DNA of 36,408 nucleotides, from positions 1 through 36,408 of the IMG/VR virus record IMGVR_UViG_3300028588_000056; one strand, given 5' to 3'. The DNA comes from a virus (Duplodnaviria; Caudoviricetes). Below, in pieces: positions 19,106 to 27,902 of the stretch; the first letter of the stretch is position 1, and every line of letters starts with the position of its first letter. A model generated the notes under the pieces. That model saw nothing but the letters and a program-made list of their open reading frames with translations. It made no database searches and was not told the DNA's origin. Made by a program: the position numbers and the translations under genes.

Positions 19106-19479
19106 CCGCCGAGGCGTGGACCTCCGTCGCGACCAAGGCCGCGATGCTCTTCGCGCTGCTTCCAGCCATCATGGCACGGCTTGCAGAGCGACCAGAGGTT
19201 GAGGATGTCCCAGAACAGCGCCTCGACACCGCGATGCGGGCGCTTGTGGTCAGCCACCAGTTGCGAAGTGTCGCCTTTGATCTTGCCGCACCGTTGGCAG
19301 GTGAACAGGTCGCGCAGCAGCACGGCCATGCGCAGTTTCTGCCACCGCGCCGTCTTGTACCAGCGTCGCCATGGCTGTTCGTCACGAACCTGGTCGCGCT
19401 CCTGCCGGGTGAGCGGCGCGGGAGCGTGCTTCGACCGTAGCGGCATCAACCTCGGCGTCAGCCCTTTGAGCCTGCCCAA
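19102..19479 (-). CDS. Packaging-associated HNH endonuclease (HK97 gp74-like)
   Basis: CQRC...VADHKRPHRG...NLWSLCKPCHD; TTG start at 19479 with GAGGA RBS. Confidence 0.93.
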   Translation of the reverse strand: MGRLKGLTPRLMPLRSKHAPAPLTRQERDQVRDEQPWRRWYKTARWQKLRMAVLLRDLFTCQRCGKIKGDTSQLVADHKRPHRGVEALFWDILNLWSLCKPCHDGWKQREEHRGLGRDGGPRLGG

Positions 19480-19492
19480 GCGGATGATCCTC

Positions 19493-19536
19493 AAAACGGC
19501 AACGGGCGCCGAGACCGAAGTCGCGACGCCCGTTGC
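19493..19536 (-). terminator. Terminator-like hairpin in late-operon leader
   Basis: GCAACGGGCG...CGCCCGTTGC 10-bp stem with inner GAC-TTCG-GTC, followed by CGTTTT. Confidence 0.55.
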
Positions 19537-19654
19537 AGGTGGTTCGGAGAGGGGGTTACTCACTGCGCCGTACCCGAAGGCCCGTCCCAGTGTGTCAACA
19601 AATAGGCCCAAATCACCCGATAGGCGAACACCTAAAAGTTGCGGTGCCGCACTT

Positions 19655-20170
19655 TTATGGGGTTGACGCGAAACCCCGTGGATTTCCGCCATTCAGCCGC
19701 GCCGCGATCCCGGCCAACGCCCGCCCGTACCGCATCCGCAGCCCGTCCGAGCCATGCGTCAGGCCCATCGGGTGCAGCATCCTCCGCCACTGCACCTCGC
19801 GCCCGCCGCGCGCCAACTGCACCAGCGCCAGCCCGATCAGCTTGCGCTCGTCGCCCTCGATCCCGTCGAGCCACCCGAACGCTTCCTCCATCTCGCCCAC
19901 GTCGCGCCGCGTCAGCGCCGCAGGCCGGATCGCCACGTCCGAGCTGGTGCCCTCGCCTCCGCGCGCATCATAGTCGCCGGCCATCTGCTCGCGCAGCACC
20001 TCGGGCCAGGTGGAGCGCACCTGTTGCCATGCACGCTCGCGGTCAGGATGCCGCCAGCAGGTGATCATCGCCTCCACAAGGCGCTCCTGCACCGCCTCGA
20101 ACGTCCACGCCGCACCCGGAAGGGACTGCCCTTCCACCGGAACCCCCATCAAACCGCCCTGCCCTTCCAT
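19655..20170 (-). CDS. Probable late transcription regulator (DUF6362-like); start uncertain
   Basis: WTFEAVQERLVEAM...MEEAFGWL...RYGRALAGIAARLN; occupies the Q-like position between replication and packaging genes. Confidence 0.65.
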   Translation of the reverse strand: MEGQGGLMGVPVEGQSLPGAAWTFEAVQERLVEAMITCWRHPDRERAWQQVRSTWPEVLREQMAGDYDARGGEGTSSDVAIRPAALTRRDVGEMEEAFGWLDGIEGDERKLIGLALVQLARGGREVQWRRMLHPMGLTHGSDGLRMRYGRALAGIAARLNGGNPRGFASTP

Positions 20171-20419
20171 GTCGCCCTGTCCTTCGCCTGTCGTGATTGG
20201 CGGATTTCCGCCGTTTCTGTTGTTGCTGGTCATGTTGATTAGCCAGATTGGAAGGGTTGGAATGATAATTGAGGGTATTGATCGTGTGCGCGCACCTGCG
20301 CGCACCTGCGCATAGGTGAGGCGGCGGGTAGCTTTGCCATTCCAGCCCTTCCAAACCCGCAGAAAACCGCCACTTCCACCCTTCCAACTCGCCTTCCGAC
20401 CGGAACCACGGACCCTTCC
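20118..20419. repeat. Iteron-like CCCTTCC/GGAAGGG repeat cluster (candidate replication origin)
   Basis: Exact copies at 20118, 20129, 20162, 20250, 20346, 20379, 20413; near copies at 20371, 20391; AT-rich core and tandem TGCGCGCACC at 20287-20306. Confidence 0.65.
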
Positions 20420-20428
20420 GACCACGCC

Positions 20429-23311
20429 CTAGAACGGCGTGTCATCGTCATCCCATTGGCGCGGAGGGCCGGAGCCCCTGTCATAGGCGTCGTCGGGAGC
20501 CGAAGGCCGCGACCCGTCCGCATCGCCCGTCGCCTCGGCAAAGTCCGCCACCGACTTGGTCAGGCGGATGTCCAGCCACTGCATGCCGTCCGATTGCTTC
20601 TTCTCAAAACCGCGGTCCTCCATGGCGCGGCTGAAGCCCACCGGCTGCCACTCGGCCGCTCCCGTCGCCTTGCACCAGGCGTTGAACACCGCCAGCAGCA
20701 CCGACGACTTGGTCTTCTTCCCATCCTCAACCACCGTGCAGTCCGTCAGGAACCGGCCCAGCTGGTCGCTCTGCTCGCGATACTTGGCCGTAGCCGCTAT
20801 CACGCTCTCCGGCTCGATCAGCCCGTTCTCGCGCCAGTCTAGCAAGCCCTCCAGCATCCGGTTGAACAGGCCCGACCCTTCCTTGCGCAGCTTGGCAGGC
20901 AGATCGCGGTCGATGTCCTCGATCGCGATCTGCACTTCCCACGGCACCAGCATCACCCGTCGCCAGATGCCATCGTCATGGCCGGTGATCTTGGGCTTGT
21001 GATTGCCCGACACCGTGACCTTGAAACTGGGCAGGAAGGTGAAGAACCCCTTGTTCAGATAGCGCGCGGTGATCTCTTCGCCGCCGGTGATCAGCTTGAT
21101 CAGCGCCTCGGCCAGCTTGGCGCCCTTCTCCGGCTCTGAGGTGCGCAGGAATCGTATGCCCGGGAGCCGCGCCAGATCGGGCGTGGCATCGCCGCCCTTG
21201 CGCCCCTTGCCCTGGTCCAGAAACGTCTCGATCCCCACGGATCCGCCATAGTCGCCCGCGACATGCGCCCATGCGTCCACTAGCGTCGACTTGCCGTTTC
21301 GGCCTTTGCCGTGAAAGAACGCCAGCTTCTGCTCGCCGATGTCGCCGGTCAGGCTCAGTCCGCCCCACTGGTGCAGGAACCGCCGCATCTTCGCGTCAGG
21401 CTGCACCACGTCGAGGAAGCCGTCATAGTCGGCGCACGCTGCGCTCGGATCGAACACGACATTGGCGATCTTGCTGATCAGGTCCTCGGGCCGGTGCGGA
21501 TGTAGCACCGCGCCCCACCGCGCGCCGGTGGTGATCGGCTTCAGCACGCCCTCCACCGACACCCATCGCTTGCCCGCTTGGGTAAGGCGCAGCGTGCCGT
21601 TCAGCACGTTGATGGCCATGCGGTCCTGATCCATGGCGTCGGCGCGGATCGCCAGCTCGCCGAAAGCCTTGGCCAGATTGGCGATGCAGCCCATGCGCCC
21701 CGCGCTCTCGCTCGCCTTCGCGTGCTGGGCCAGCAGCTCGCTATACAGCACCGCCACCTTGTTATCGCCGCTGCCCTTCCACGCCGCGACGAAATCGAGC
21801 CCGCCCTCTTCGCCGCCCGAGTCCGGCCGCAAGCCGCTGTCGCGGACGACTTCCGCTTCGTTCCGAATCGCGCGGATCGTGGCATAGACCGCCAGGCTCA
21901 CCGGCCCCGGCACCTTGTCCTTTTCCTCGCTCAGCAGCTCCCAGCGCCGATCGTCCCAGATGAACCATCCGAGTTCGTTGCAGAAGCGGAAGCGCCACCC
22001 ATGCCGCGCCCTGAAACGCTCGGCATTGCCCAGATCGGTCAACGAGAAGAACGCACAGATCGGATCGCGCGCGTCGTCTGGCTCCGCGGTGATGCGCCCC
22101 CGGACCCCCTCAGCATTGCCGGGGCTCACACTTCCGGAATGGAACCCTTCGGATGCTTTTTTTTCCTCCCCCTGGCGGGGGTCCGGGGGCCGGAAGGTGT
22201 CGGCATCCCCGGAATAGGCCTCCGGTGGCGCGGACGGCGGCGGAGATGAGGCGGACTGGCCGCTGTCGCGGCCACGCGCCATGCGTTCGCGGGACTTGCT
22301 GCCGACACCACCCAGATCGCGCGGCGTGGCGTTTTCGAAGCCGTTGTCGATCGCCTTGAGCGCGCCGGGCAGATCGCGGTTGTTGGGCATCGCCCGCACC
22401 ACCGCCTCGATGCCCCCGCGCACCATCGCCTCGGACAAAGCGCCGGCCAGCACGAACCCGCCCAGCTTCAGCGCGGCGTGATAGATGCCGGCGTTGCGCC
22501 CGCCCCAGCGGCCTCCACCCTCGGGCGTCGTCTCCAGCTCGCGCAGCTCTTCGTCCAGGGCGCGCAACGCGTAGCTGCGATGCGCCTGGTCCAGATCCGG
22601 CGTGAAACGCGGTTCACCGAGGATGCGCGGCGCTTGAGCCTGCTCGGCCGCCATTGGCCGTGCGGCCTGCGAACGCAGGATCTCCACCAGCTGCTCGGGC
22701 AATTCGATCACCGGCGCGTCGGCATTGCCGCGCAGCCAGCGATACGGCCCTGCGGCGTTCTTTTCGTCGCCATCGCAGATGCTGGGCGGCACGACGACGT
22801 ACCCGCCCTTGCCGCGCACATCGATATGCTGAGGCAGGTTGCCGCGGTTCCCGATCGGGGCGCCTTCTGGCATCCGGTAATAGACGTGGACGCCACCGGA
22901 AGGCGTCCGCACCGCCAGCCCCACCGGAAGCGCGCAGCCCATCTGCGCCTCCAGCTCCGCCTTCAGATCCTCCAGCGTGAACTCGCGAACGTCGACCACC
23001 TCGCCGGTGTCGTCGTCGCAAATTTCCTCGATGCGCGGGTCGAAGTCGATCACGATCATGCCGGCGCGGCCGACCGACACACCGATCATGGCGTGCGGCC
23101 ATTTGCGCCACCAGGCGGTGATCGTCTCCACGTCGGTGGTGGCCTTGGACACCCCGCCCGTGCCGCGAATCGCCGCGCCCGTGGCCGGGTCCTTGTCCTT
23201 CGCGAGCAGCGGCCGCTTGTTCTTCGGGCTACAGGGAAAGACTGGCCAGCCTCTCGCCGCGTAATAGAGCGCCGCATCCAGCAGCGACGCGAAAGCAACG
23301 GGCGAAGCCAC
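20429..23311 (-). CDS. Bifunctional Prim-Pol / P4-family (D5) primase-helicase
   Basis: GWPVFPC, IVIDFD, TPSGGVHVYY, IDVRGKGGYVVVPPS; TDLGNAERF; Walker A GKGRNGKST. Confidence 0.95.
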   Translation of the reverse strand: MASPVAFASLLDAALYYAARGWPVFPCSPKNKRPLLAKDKDPATGAAIRGTGGVSKATTDVETITAWWRKWPHAMIGVSVGRAGMIVIDFDPRIEEICDDDTGEVVDVREFTLEDLKAELEAQMGCALPVGLAVRTPSGGVHVYYRMPEGAPIGNRGNLPQHIDVRGKGGYVVVPPSICDGDEKNAAGPYRWLRGNADAPVIELPEQLVEILRSQAARPMAAEQAQAPRILGEPRFTPDLDQAHRSYALRALDEELRELETTPEGGGRWGGRNAGIYHAALKLGGFVLAGALSEAMVRGGIEAVVRAMPNNRDLPGALKAIDNGFENATPRDLGGVGSKSRERMARGRDSGQSASSPPPSAPPEAYSGDADTFRPPDPRQGEEKKASEGFHSGSVSPGNAEGVRGRITAEPDDARDPICAFFSLTDLGNAERFRARHGWRFRFCNELGWFIWDDRRWELLSEEKDKVPGPVSLAVYATIRAIRNEAEVVRDSGLRPDSGGEEGGLDFVAAWKGSGDNKVAVLYSELLAQHAKASESAGRMGCIANLAKAFGELAIRADAMDQDRMAINVLNGTLRLTQAGKRWVSVEGVLKPITTGARWGAVLHPHRPEDLISKIANVVFDPSAACADYDGFLDVVQPDAKMRRFLHQWGGLSLTGDIGEQKLAFFHGKGRNGKSTLVDAWAHVAGDYGGSVGIETFLDQGKGRKGGDATPDLARLPGIRFLRTSEPEKGAKLAEALIKLITGGEEITARYLNKGFFTFLPSFKVTVSGNHKPKITGHDDGIWRRVMLVPWEVQIAIEDIDRDLPAKLRKEGSGLFNRMLEGLLDWRENGLIEPESVIAATAKYREQSDQLGRFLTDCTVVEDGKKTKSSVLLAVFNAWCKATGAAEWQPVGFSRAMEDRGFEKKQSDGMQWLDIRLTKSVADFAEATGDADGSRPSAPDDAYDRGSGPPRQWDDDDTPF

Positions 23312-23403
23312 GTCAGGTACCCCCTCAAATCGGTTGGCGGCAGACGGTCAGCACCCGGTCTGCCAGCGGGCTAGGGCGCGGCGTGTGCCCGCCGCTGCTG
23401 AAC

Positions 23404-23877
23404 CTAGAACGGCACGTCATCGTCCAGATCGTCGGGGAAGCCGCCGCCATGGCCGGAGCCCGCAGCGCCACCGTACCCGGCACGATCATCGCCGCGATCG
23501 CCGGCACCACCTGCGCCGCGATCGTTGTTGGCGCCGTCGAGCATCACCAGCACGGAGTTGAAGCCCTGGAGGGTAACCTCCGTCGAGTAGCGGTCGTTAC
23601 CCTGCGGGTCCTGCCACTTGCGGGTCGCGAGCTTCCCCTCGATGTAGACCTTGCTACCCTTGCGCAGATAGCGCTCGGCAACGTTCGCCAGCCCTTCGTT
23701 GAATATCTTGACCGTATGCCACTCGGTCTTTTCCTTGCGCTCACCGCTGTTGCGGTCCTTCCAGGTCTCGGACGTGGCGATGCGGAGCTCGACCACCTTG
23801 CCGCCATTCTGGAATGACCGGCTCTCGGGATCGCGCCCGAGATTACCGACCAGGATGACCTTGTTGATGCCGCTCAT
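23404..23877 (-). CDS. ssb: Single-stranded DNA-binding protein
   Basis: [31 protein letters not shown]-terminal DDDVPF. Confidence 0.98.
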   Translation of the reverse strand: MSGINKVILVGNLGRDPESRSFQNGGKVVELRIATSETWKDRNSGERKEKTEWHTVKIFNEGLANVAERYLRKGSKVYIEGKLATRKWQDPQGNDRYSTEVTLQGFNSVLVMLDGANNDRGAGGAGDRGDDRAGYGGAAGSGHGGGFPDDLDDDVPF

Positions 23878-24701
23878 GATAGCTCTCCGTCGGTATGCCC
23901 GGCACCCGCTTGCTCGGGCTTGGCGGTGCGGACGGCGTCCTCCAGCGCATAGTCGATGTCGTCGCGCGGCCCGTGGGGGCCATTGGGGTGGCTGTAGAAT
24001 ATCGCTTCGACCAGCGTGTAGCGTCCCGCCTCGGCTTTGTTGCGCGTGTAGCCTTGCGCGTTCGGGCGATAATAGGCCCCGCCCTTGCGGATCAGATAGC
24101 GAGCCGCGTCCGCTTCCTCCAGCGCGCTATCCCGCGCCCCCTCTGACGGGGTGGGGCGTCTACGCCATGCCTGCCAAGACGCTTTGAAGTCGCCGTGATT
24201 TGCGGTCCCGTTGCCGCAGGTTTTGCAGACGACGCGATACGGGTGCAACTTGTCGTCGCTCTTGATCGACTCCCCTTCGCCGTCGCAATTTGCGCACCGC
24301 TCCACCTCCCCCGATGCAGGCGCGGCGGTCTGTGAACCTGCAAGGTTTTCTTGCAGGTTGGTCTGTGGGTGTGGGGTGGCGAGGCGAACGAAGCGGCCAT
24401 CCTCGAACTCGCCCTCTTCGCGAACCCAGAAGCGCCCGTCGTCGCCCTGATAGATCACCATTGCCGAGCCATCGACCAAGCAGTCGTTGTTCATCTGCAA
24501 TTCGCCGCGACCGATCACCCGGTAGACGGTGCCGCGCTTGACGTGCTGCCATTGCTCCAGCCCCTCGGGTCGGCTCTCGGTGGTGAGGGCGGCGAAGGCG
24601 ACCATGGCGTCGACCGCTTCTTGCACGGTCGGGTGGCCGTTCCATGCCGTGTGCTTGTCCAGCACGTCCCGCGCCCGCTCGGCGATGGGGTCCGTCTTCA
24701 T
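23874..24701 (-). CDS. Mosaic hypothetical protein: DUF1653-like + Lar-like Zn ribbon + C-terminal domain
   Basis: [14 protein letters not shown]...[14 protein letters not shown]; CANC...YRVVCKTC...AW.RR; [10 protein letters not shown]...AGRY. Confidence 0.7.
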   Translation of the reverse strand: MKTDPIAERARDVLDKHTAWNGHPTVQEAVDAMVAFAALTTESRPEGLEQWQHVKRGTVYRVIGRGELQMNNDCLVDGSAMVIYQGDDGRFWVREEGEFEDGRFVRLATPHPQTNLQENLAGSQTAAPASGEVERCANCDGEGESIKSDDKLHPYRVVCKTCGNGTANHGDFKASWQAWRRRPTPSEGARDSALEEADAARYLIRKGGAYYRPNAQGYTRNKAEAGRYTLVEAIFYSHPNGPHGPRDDIDYALEDAVRTAKPEQAGAGHTDGELS

Positions 24702-25285
24702 GCCACCGCCTCGCGGATCGCGGCCAGCTTCGCCTCGGCGGACGCCGCCCGCGCCACCGCGGCCTCGACCTCGCTACGGTCCACGCCGCGCGATTCAGCA
24801 TCGGCAAGACGCCGGATCAGGTCGCCAACCACCGCATCCAGGCTCCCGCCATGCGCGGTCAACAGATCGATAAGCGGAGACACCGGCGTGGGCGCCTTGG
24901 TCCGCATGCCGATCTCGATCAGGTCCATCGCCGCCTGCCCCAGGCTGATCTCGTCCGCGTCCGAACGCGCCTCGATCGCCTTCAGCACGTCGCCACCGGC
25001 CTTGAAGCTCACCTGCCGCCGTTCGAACACCCCATCGTTCGTGCCTGCCACGTCCACCTCCATTGTCTCGGGTTCGCTCGGCAGCACCCACTGGCGAGCC
25101 GCATAGTTCGGGCGGCGGCCGTCGCGGCAGAAGCCGCACAGTCCGCCCACCAGGCGAGGCATGTCCTCACCGCAATTGTCGCACTCACCCGCCACGCCGG
25201 CAGGGATCGCCGCCGCCACGCGCGAAAGGCTGTGACGGATATGTTCCTGCTGAAGGTCGGCAGCCATGTCGCCCAGGTCCGCCAT
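24698..25285 (-). CDS. TraR/DksA-like C4 Zn-finger protein with C-terminal RHH-like and coiled-coil extension
   Basis: N-terminal MADLGDMA (DxxDxA), CDNC-x11-CGFC, then QVSFKAGGDVLKAIEARS...SLGQAAMDLIEIG. Confidence 0.7.
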   Translation of the reverse strand: MADLGDMAADLQQEHIRHSLSRVAAAIPAGVAGECDNCGEDMPRLVGGLCGFCRDGRRPNYAARQWVLPSEPETMEVDVAGTNDGVFERRQVSFKAGGDVLKAIEARSDADEISLGQAAMDLIEIGMRTKAPTPVSPLIDLLTAHGGSLDAVVGDLIRRLADAESRGVDRSEVEAAVARAASAEAKLAAIREAVA

Positions 25286-25287
25286 CG

Positions 25288-25788
25288 TCAGACCCTCAGC
25301 GCTTTGCGGTACATGTCGACCAGCGCGTCGCCTTCGTCGCGCTGGTGCTTTTCCTTGCCGCGGATCTTCCGCACCGTGCGCATGGTCGCCACGTCGAATC
25401 CGGTCGACTTCGCCTCGGCATAGACATCCTTGATGTCCTCGCCGATGCCACGCCTCTCATCCTCCAGCGTATCCAGCCGCTCCATGTAGAGCCGCAGCGC
25501 CTCTGCGGAGATGTTGTCGCCCAGGCCGCGTTCGTCGCCCTCACCCTCGCCATCGGCGGCGGGCGGAACATCGCGGACATAGACGACGTGCCCACCGGCA
25601 TGCCGCCTCGCCACCCAGCCCGCAGCCTGAATCGCTTTCGCGATCGCCTTGTGCGACGGACCCGCCGAACGGATATGGTCCGGCAGCTCGCGCTCGGCCT
25701 GCGCCAGGTCGATCTCGTCACGCCCGACCAGCAATGCGCCCACGGCTGCGGTGACCATCATGTCGAGGGTCTGCCGGCCCTTGCTCAC
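25288..25788 (-). CDS. GapR/DUF2312 DNA-binding protein with N-terminal extension
   Basis: AEALRLYMERLDTLEDERRGIGEDIKDVYAEAKSTGFDV; GTG 25788 coupled to upstream stop. Confidence 0.9.
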   Translation of the reverse strand: MSKGRQTLDMMVTAAVGALLVGRDEIDLAQAERELPDHIRSAGPSHKAIAKAIQAAGWVARRHAGGHVVYVRDVPPAADGEGEGDERGLGDNISAEALRLYMERLDTLEDERRGIGEDIKDVYAEAKSTGFDVATMRTVRKIRGKEKHQRDEGDALVDMYRKALRV

Positions 25789-25955
25789 AGCAGCGGTTCC
25801 TGCCGCGACGGCGCGGGCTGATCCCGCTTCCACTGCAATACCGCCTCGCTGACGGCACTCTCCGCCAGATCCTCGACCGAACGACAAAGATCACGGCTCT
25901 CGGTCTGAAGCGCCTCCAGATCATCGTCGCTGACAAAGACGTGCAGGATGGCCAT
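25785..25955 (-). CDS. Small ribbon-helix-helix-like protein (56 aa, below ORF-track cutoff)
   Basis: MAILHVFVSDDDLEALQTESRDLCRSVEDLAESAVSEAVLQW...; coupled to neighbours at both ends (TGATG, GTGA). Confidence 0.7.
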   Translation of the reverse strand: MAILHVFVSDDDLEALQTESRDLCRSVEDLAESAVSEAVLQWKRDQPAPSRQEPLL

Positions 25956-26200
25956 CAGCCGCGCACCTGCGCGCGCAGGGCGATGATGCTGACGGCCAGG
26001 TCGCTGAACCGCCCGCCTCGCCGCTCCAATCCACGCTCGACGGCCATCTCCAGCACCTCGCCTTCGAGGCGGAGCAGACGCTGGCTGGGTGTCTCAAGAA
26101 CGGCAGGCACTACCGGCTTGAGGAAGTCGGGACCGGGATGGAACGCGGCGATCGCGCCATGATCCCCGGGACAGTTTGCAAACTGATTGAACTCGGACAT
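25955..26200 (-). CDS. Hypothetical protein (81 aa)
   Basis: GAGGAGAG RBS before ATG 26200; stop overlaps next start. Confidence 0.65.
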   Translation of the reverse strand: MSEFNQFANCPGDHGAIAAFHPGPDFLKPVVPAVLETPSQRLLRLEGEVLEMAVERGLERRGGRFSDLAVSIIALRAQVRG

Positions 26201-26211
26201 CGGCTCTCTCC

Positions 26212-27333
26212 TCAGATTCGCATGGGCATGATGACGGCGAGCAAGTCGGCGTCTTTGTCGGACGTGATCCGGATCGGACTGCCGGGGCCTGCCACCCACA
26301 GGGTGAGCTTGGCGCTCTCGGCGAAGATCGAGCCCGCTATGACGGCAAAGCGGTGGTTGACGCCGAACTCGATGGGGCTGCCGCTAAGCTCGGCGTCCAG
26401 CACCTCCTGAGCCTGAGTGCCTGTGCTGTCCTTGCCTCGAAGCTCGCAGCTCTCTTCACCTTCCTTCAGGAAGAACCCGAGCGAGCGAACCTTGGCTTTT
26501 TCCCCTTCGGCATTCAGCACGGACGCGACGGCCTGGACCGGCTCCAGGAAGGCGGCGCGCGCCAGCTCCAGCCGGCACCCCTCTTCGCCAGGGATCACGC
26601 GGGTGTAATCGGGGAAGCTGCCGTCCACGACCTTCGACAGGAAACGCGTCGAACCCAGTTCGAAGCCGACGGCGTCAGACGTGACCTCGACACCGATTTC
26701 TCCGCTGCTATCCTTGCCGAGCAGCTTGCGCAGATGAGTCACTGCCTTATCGGGCAGAATGGTATCGGGCATCGCGTCGGCACCATCGGGCGCCGCCATA
26801 TTGGCGCAGATCAGCCGCGTTCCGTCGGTGGCCGCAGCCTTCAGACGACCGTCGATGACGTGCAAGAATACGCCACGCAGATAGTAGCGGGTGTCCTCGG
26901 TAGACATCGCCCCGAAAGTCGCATCCAACAGTCGCGCCAACGATCCCCCGGCGATGGTGAACCGCGTCGCCCCTTCAAGGGCAGCCCGCTTGGGGAAATC
27001 ATCAGCCGGAAGCGTGGGCAAAGAGCGCTTGCTGCGCCCCTGCTTAAGCACCAGCGGCTCGCGCACCTCGGCACTGAGGGTGATCTTGCCAGGCTTCAGG
27101 CTGTTCACCGCTGCCACCAGCTTGTTACTATCGGTGGTGACCCGCAGGTCGCCCGCCGCCTCGACCCGCGAGGTCGCTTGCAGGTCCAGGTCCGTGCCCG
27201 TGATGCTCAGCTGCCCGTCCTCGGCGACCAGCAGCACATTTGCGAGGATCGGGATCGTCACCCGACTCTGCACCACGTCCACCACCTGGCGCAGCGCGCC
27301 CAGCAGTGCGTCGCGTTCGACTTCAATCTTCAT
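26212..27333 (-). CDS. dnaN: DNA polymerase III beta sliding clamp (phage copy)
   Basis: TIPILANVLL, TGTDLD, DDFP, TRYYLRGVF, AATDGTRL, VDGSFPDYTRVIP, C-terminal VIMPMRI. Confidence 0.96.
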   Translation of the reverse strand: MKIEVERDALLGALRQVVDVVQSRVTIPILANVLLVAEDGQLSITGTDLDLQATSRVEAAGDLRVTTDSNKLVAAVNSLKPGKITLSAEVREPLVLKQGRSKRSLPTLPADDFPKRAALEGATRFTIAGGSLARLLDATFGAMSTEDTRYYLRGVFLHVIDGRLKAAATDGTRLICANMAAPDGADAMPDTILPDKAVTHLRKLLGKDSSGEIGVEVTSDAVGFELGSTRFLSKVVDGSFPDYTRVIPGEEGCRLELARAAFLEPVQAVASVLNAEGEKAKVRSLGFFLKEGEESCELRGKDSTGTQAQEVLDAELSGSPIEFGVNHRFAVIAGSIFAESAKLTLWVAGPGSPIRITSDKDADLLAVIMPMRI

Positions 27334-27902
27334 CGTACCCACCCCGTTGTCTGGCCAGTGGCCACGATCTTGATCCGGCGCAGCGTCGGCGCGGCGGCGG
27401 CGGCGACATCAATCAGCCCCGCCTCCACCATCGCCTCCAGCGCCGGCTTCACCTCGGCGCGGTCGATCCCGACGCGCTCGGCCAGCTGCCTGTCGGTCGG
27501 GCACGGCCGGGCGAACCGCGCCGCCCGCTCCAACAGCGCGAACAGCGCGTCGATAGCTGCAGGCGCCACATGCGCGGGCTCGCCAAACGGCGACAGCGCG
27601 GCAGGCGTGATCCATGGCCTTGCAGTGCGGCGCACCAGATAATTGCGCTCGACACCGGCCTTGATCACCCGCTGGAACGGCAGCACCAGCCCCTCGGCAT
27701 GCAGCGCGCGCACCTTGGCGGCTGTCGCCGACTTGGCCGGCAGCACGCCGAACCAGCGGCTGCCATAGATCAGCTCGTCACCTGGACGCGCCGCTTCCAC
27801 CCACGCCGCCACCCGCTCAGCAGGCAAGGCGACGTTGCGCGCCTCGTCCAGGCCGGGAGCGGATGCCAACGAGAGGAAAGCGGCTGCGCCCTCCATGATC
27901 AC
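27330..27902 (-). CDS. Winged-helix DNA-binding protein
   Basis: C-terminal CPTDRQLAERVGIDRAEVKPALEAMVEAGLIDV. Confidence 0.75.
   Translation of the reverse strand: MIMEGAAAFLSLASAPGLDEARNVALPAERVAAWVEAARPGDELIYGSRWFGVLPAKSATAAKVRALHAEGLVLPFQRVIKAGVERNYLVRRTARPWITPAALSPFGEPAHVAPAAIDALFALLERAARFARPCPTDRQLAERVGIDRAEVKPALEAMVEAGLIDVAAAAAPTLRRIKIVATGQTTGWVR

Noticed and set aside
20171-20425. N-terminal extension of the 256-aa ORF 19655-20425
   Set aside because: Runs through the repeat-rich, AT-rich putative origin and is not protein-like; a downstream start is preferred
25785-25805. C-terminal QEPLL of the small RHH-like protein as a beta-clamp binding motif
   Set aside because: Only a weak match to QL[SD]LF; could arise by chance
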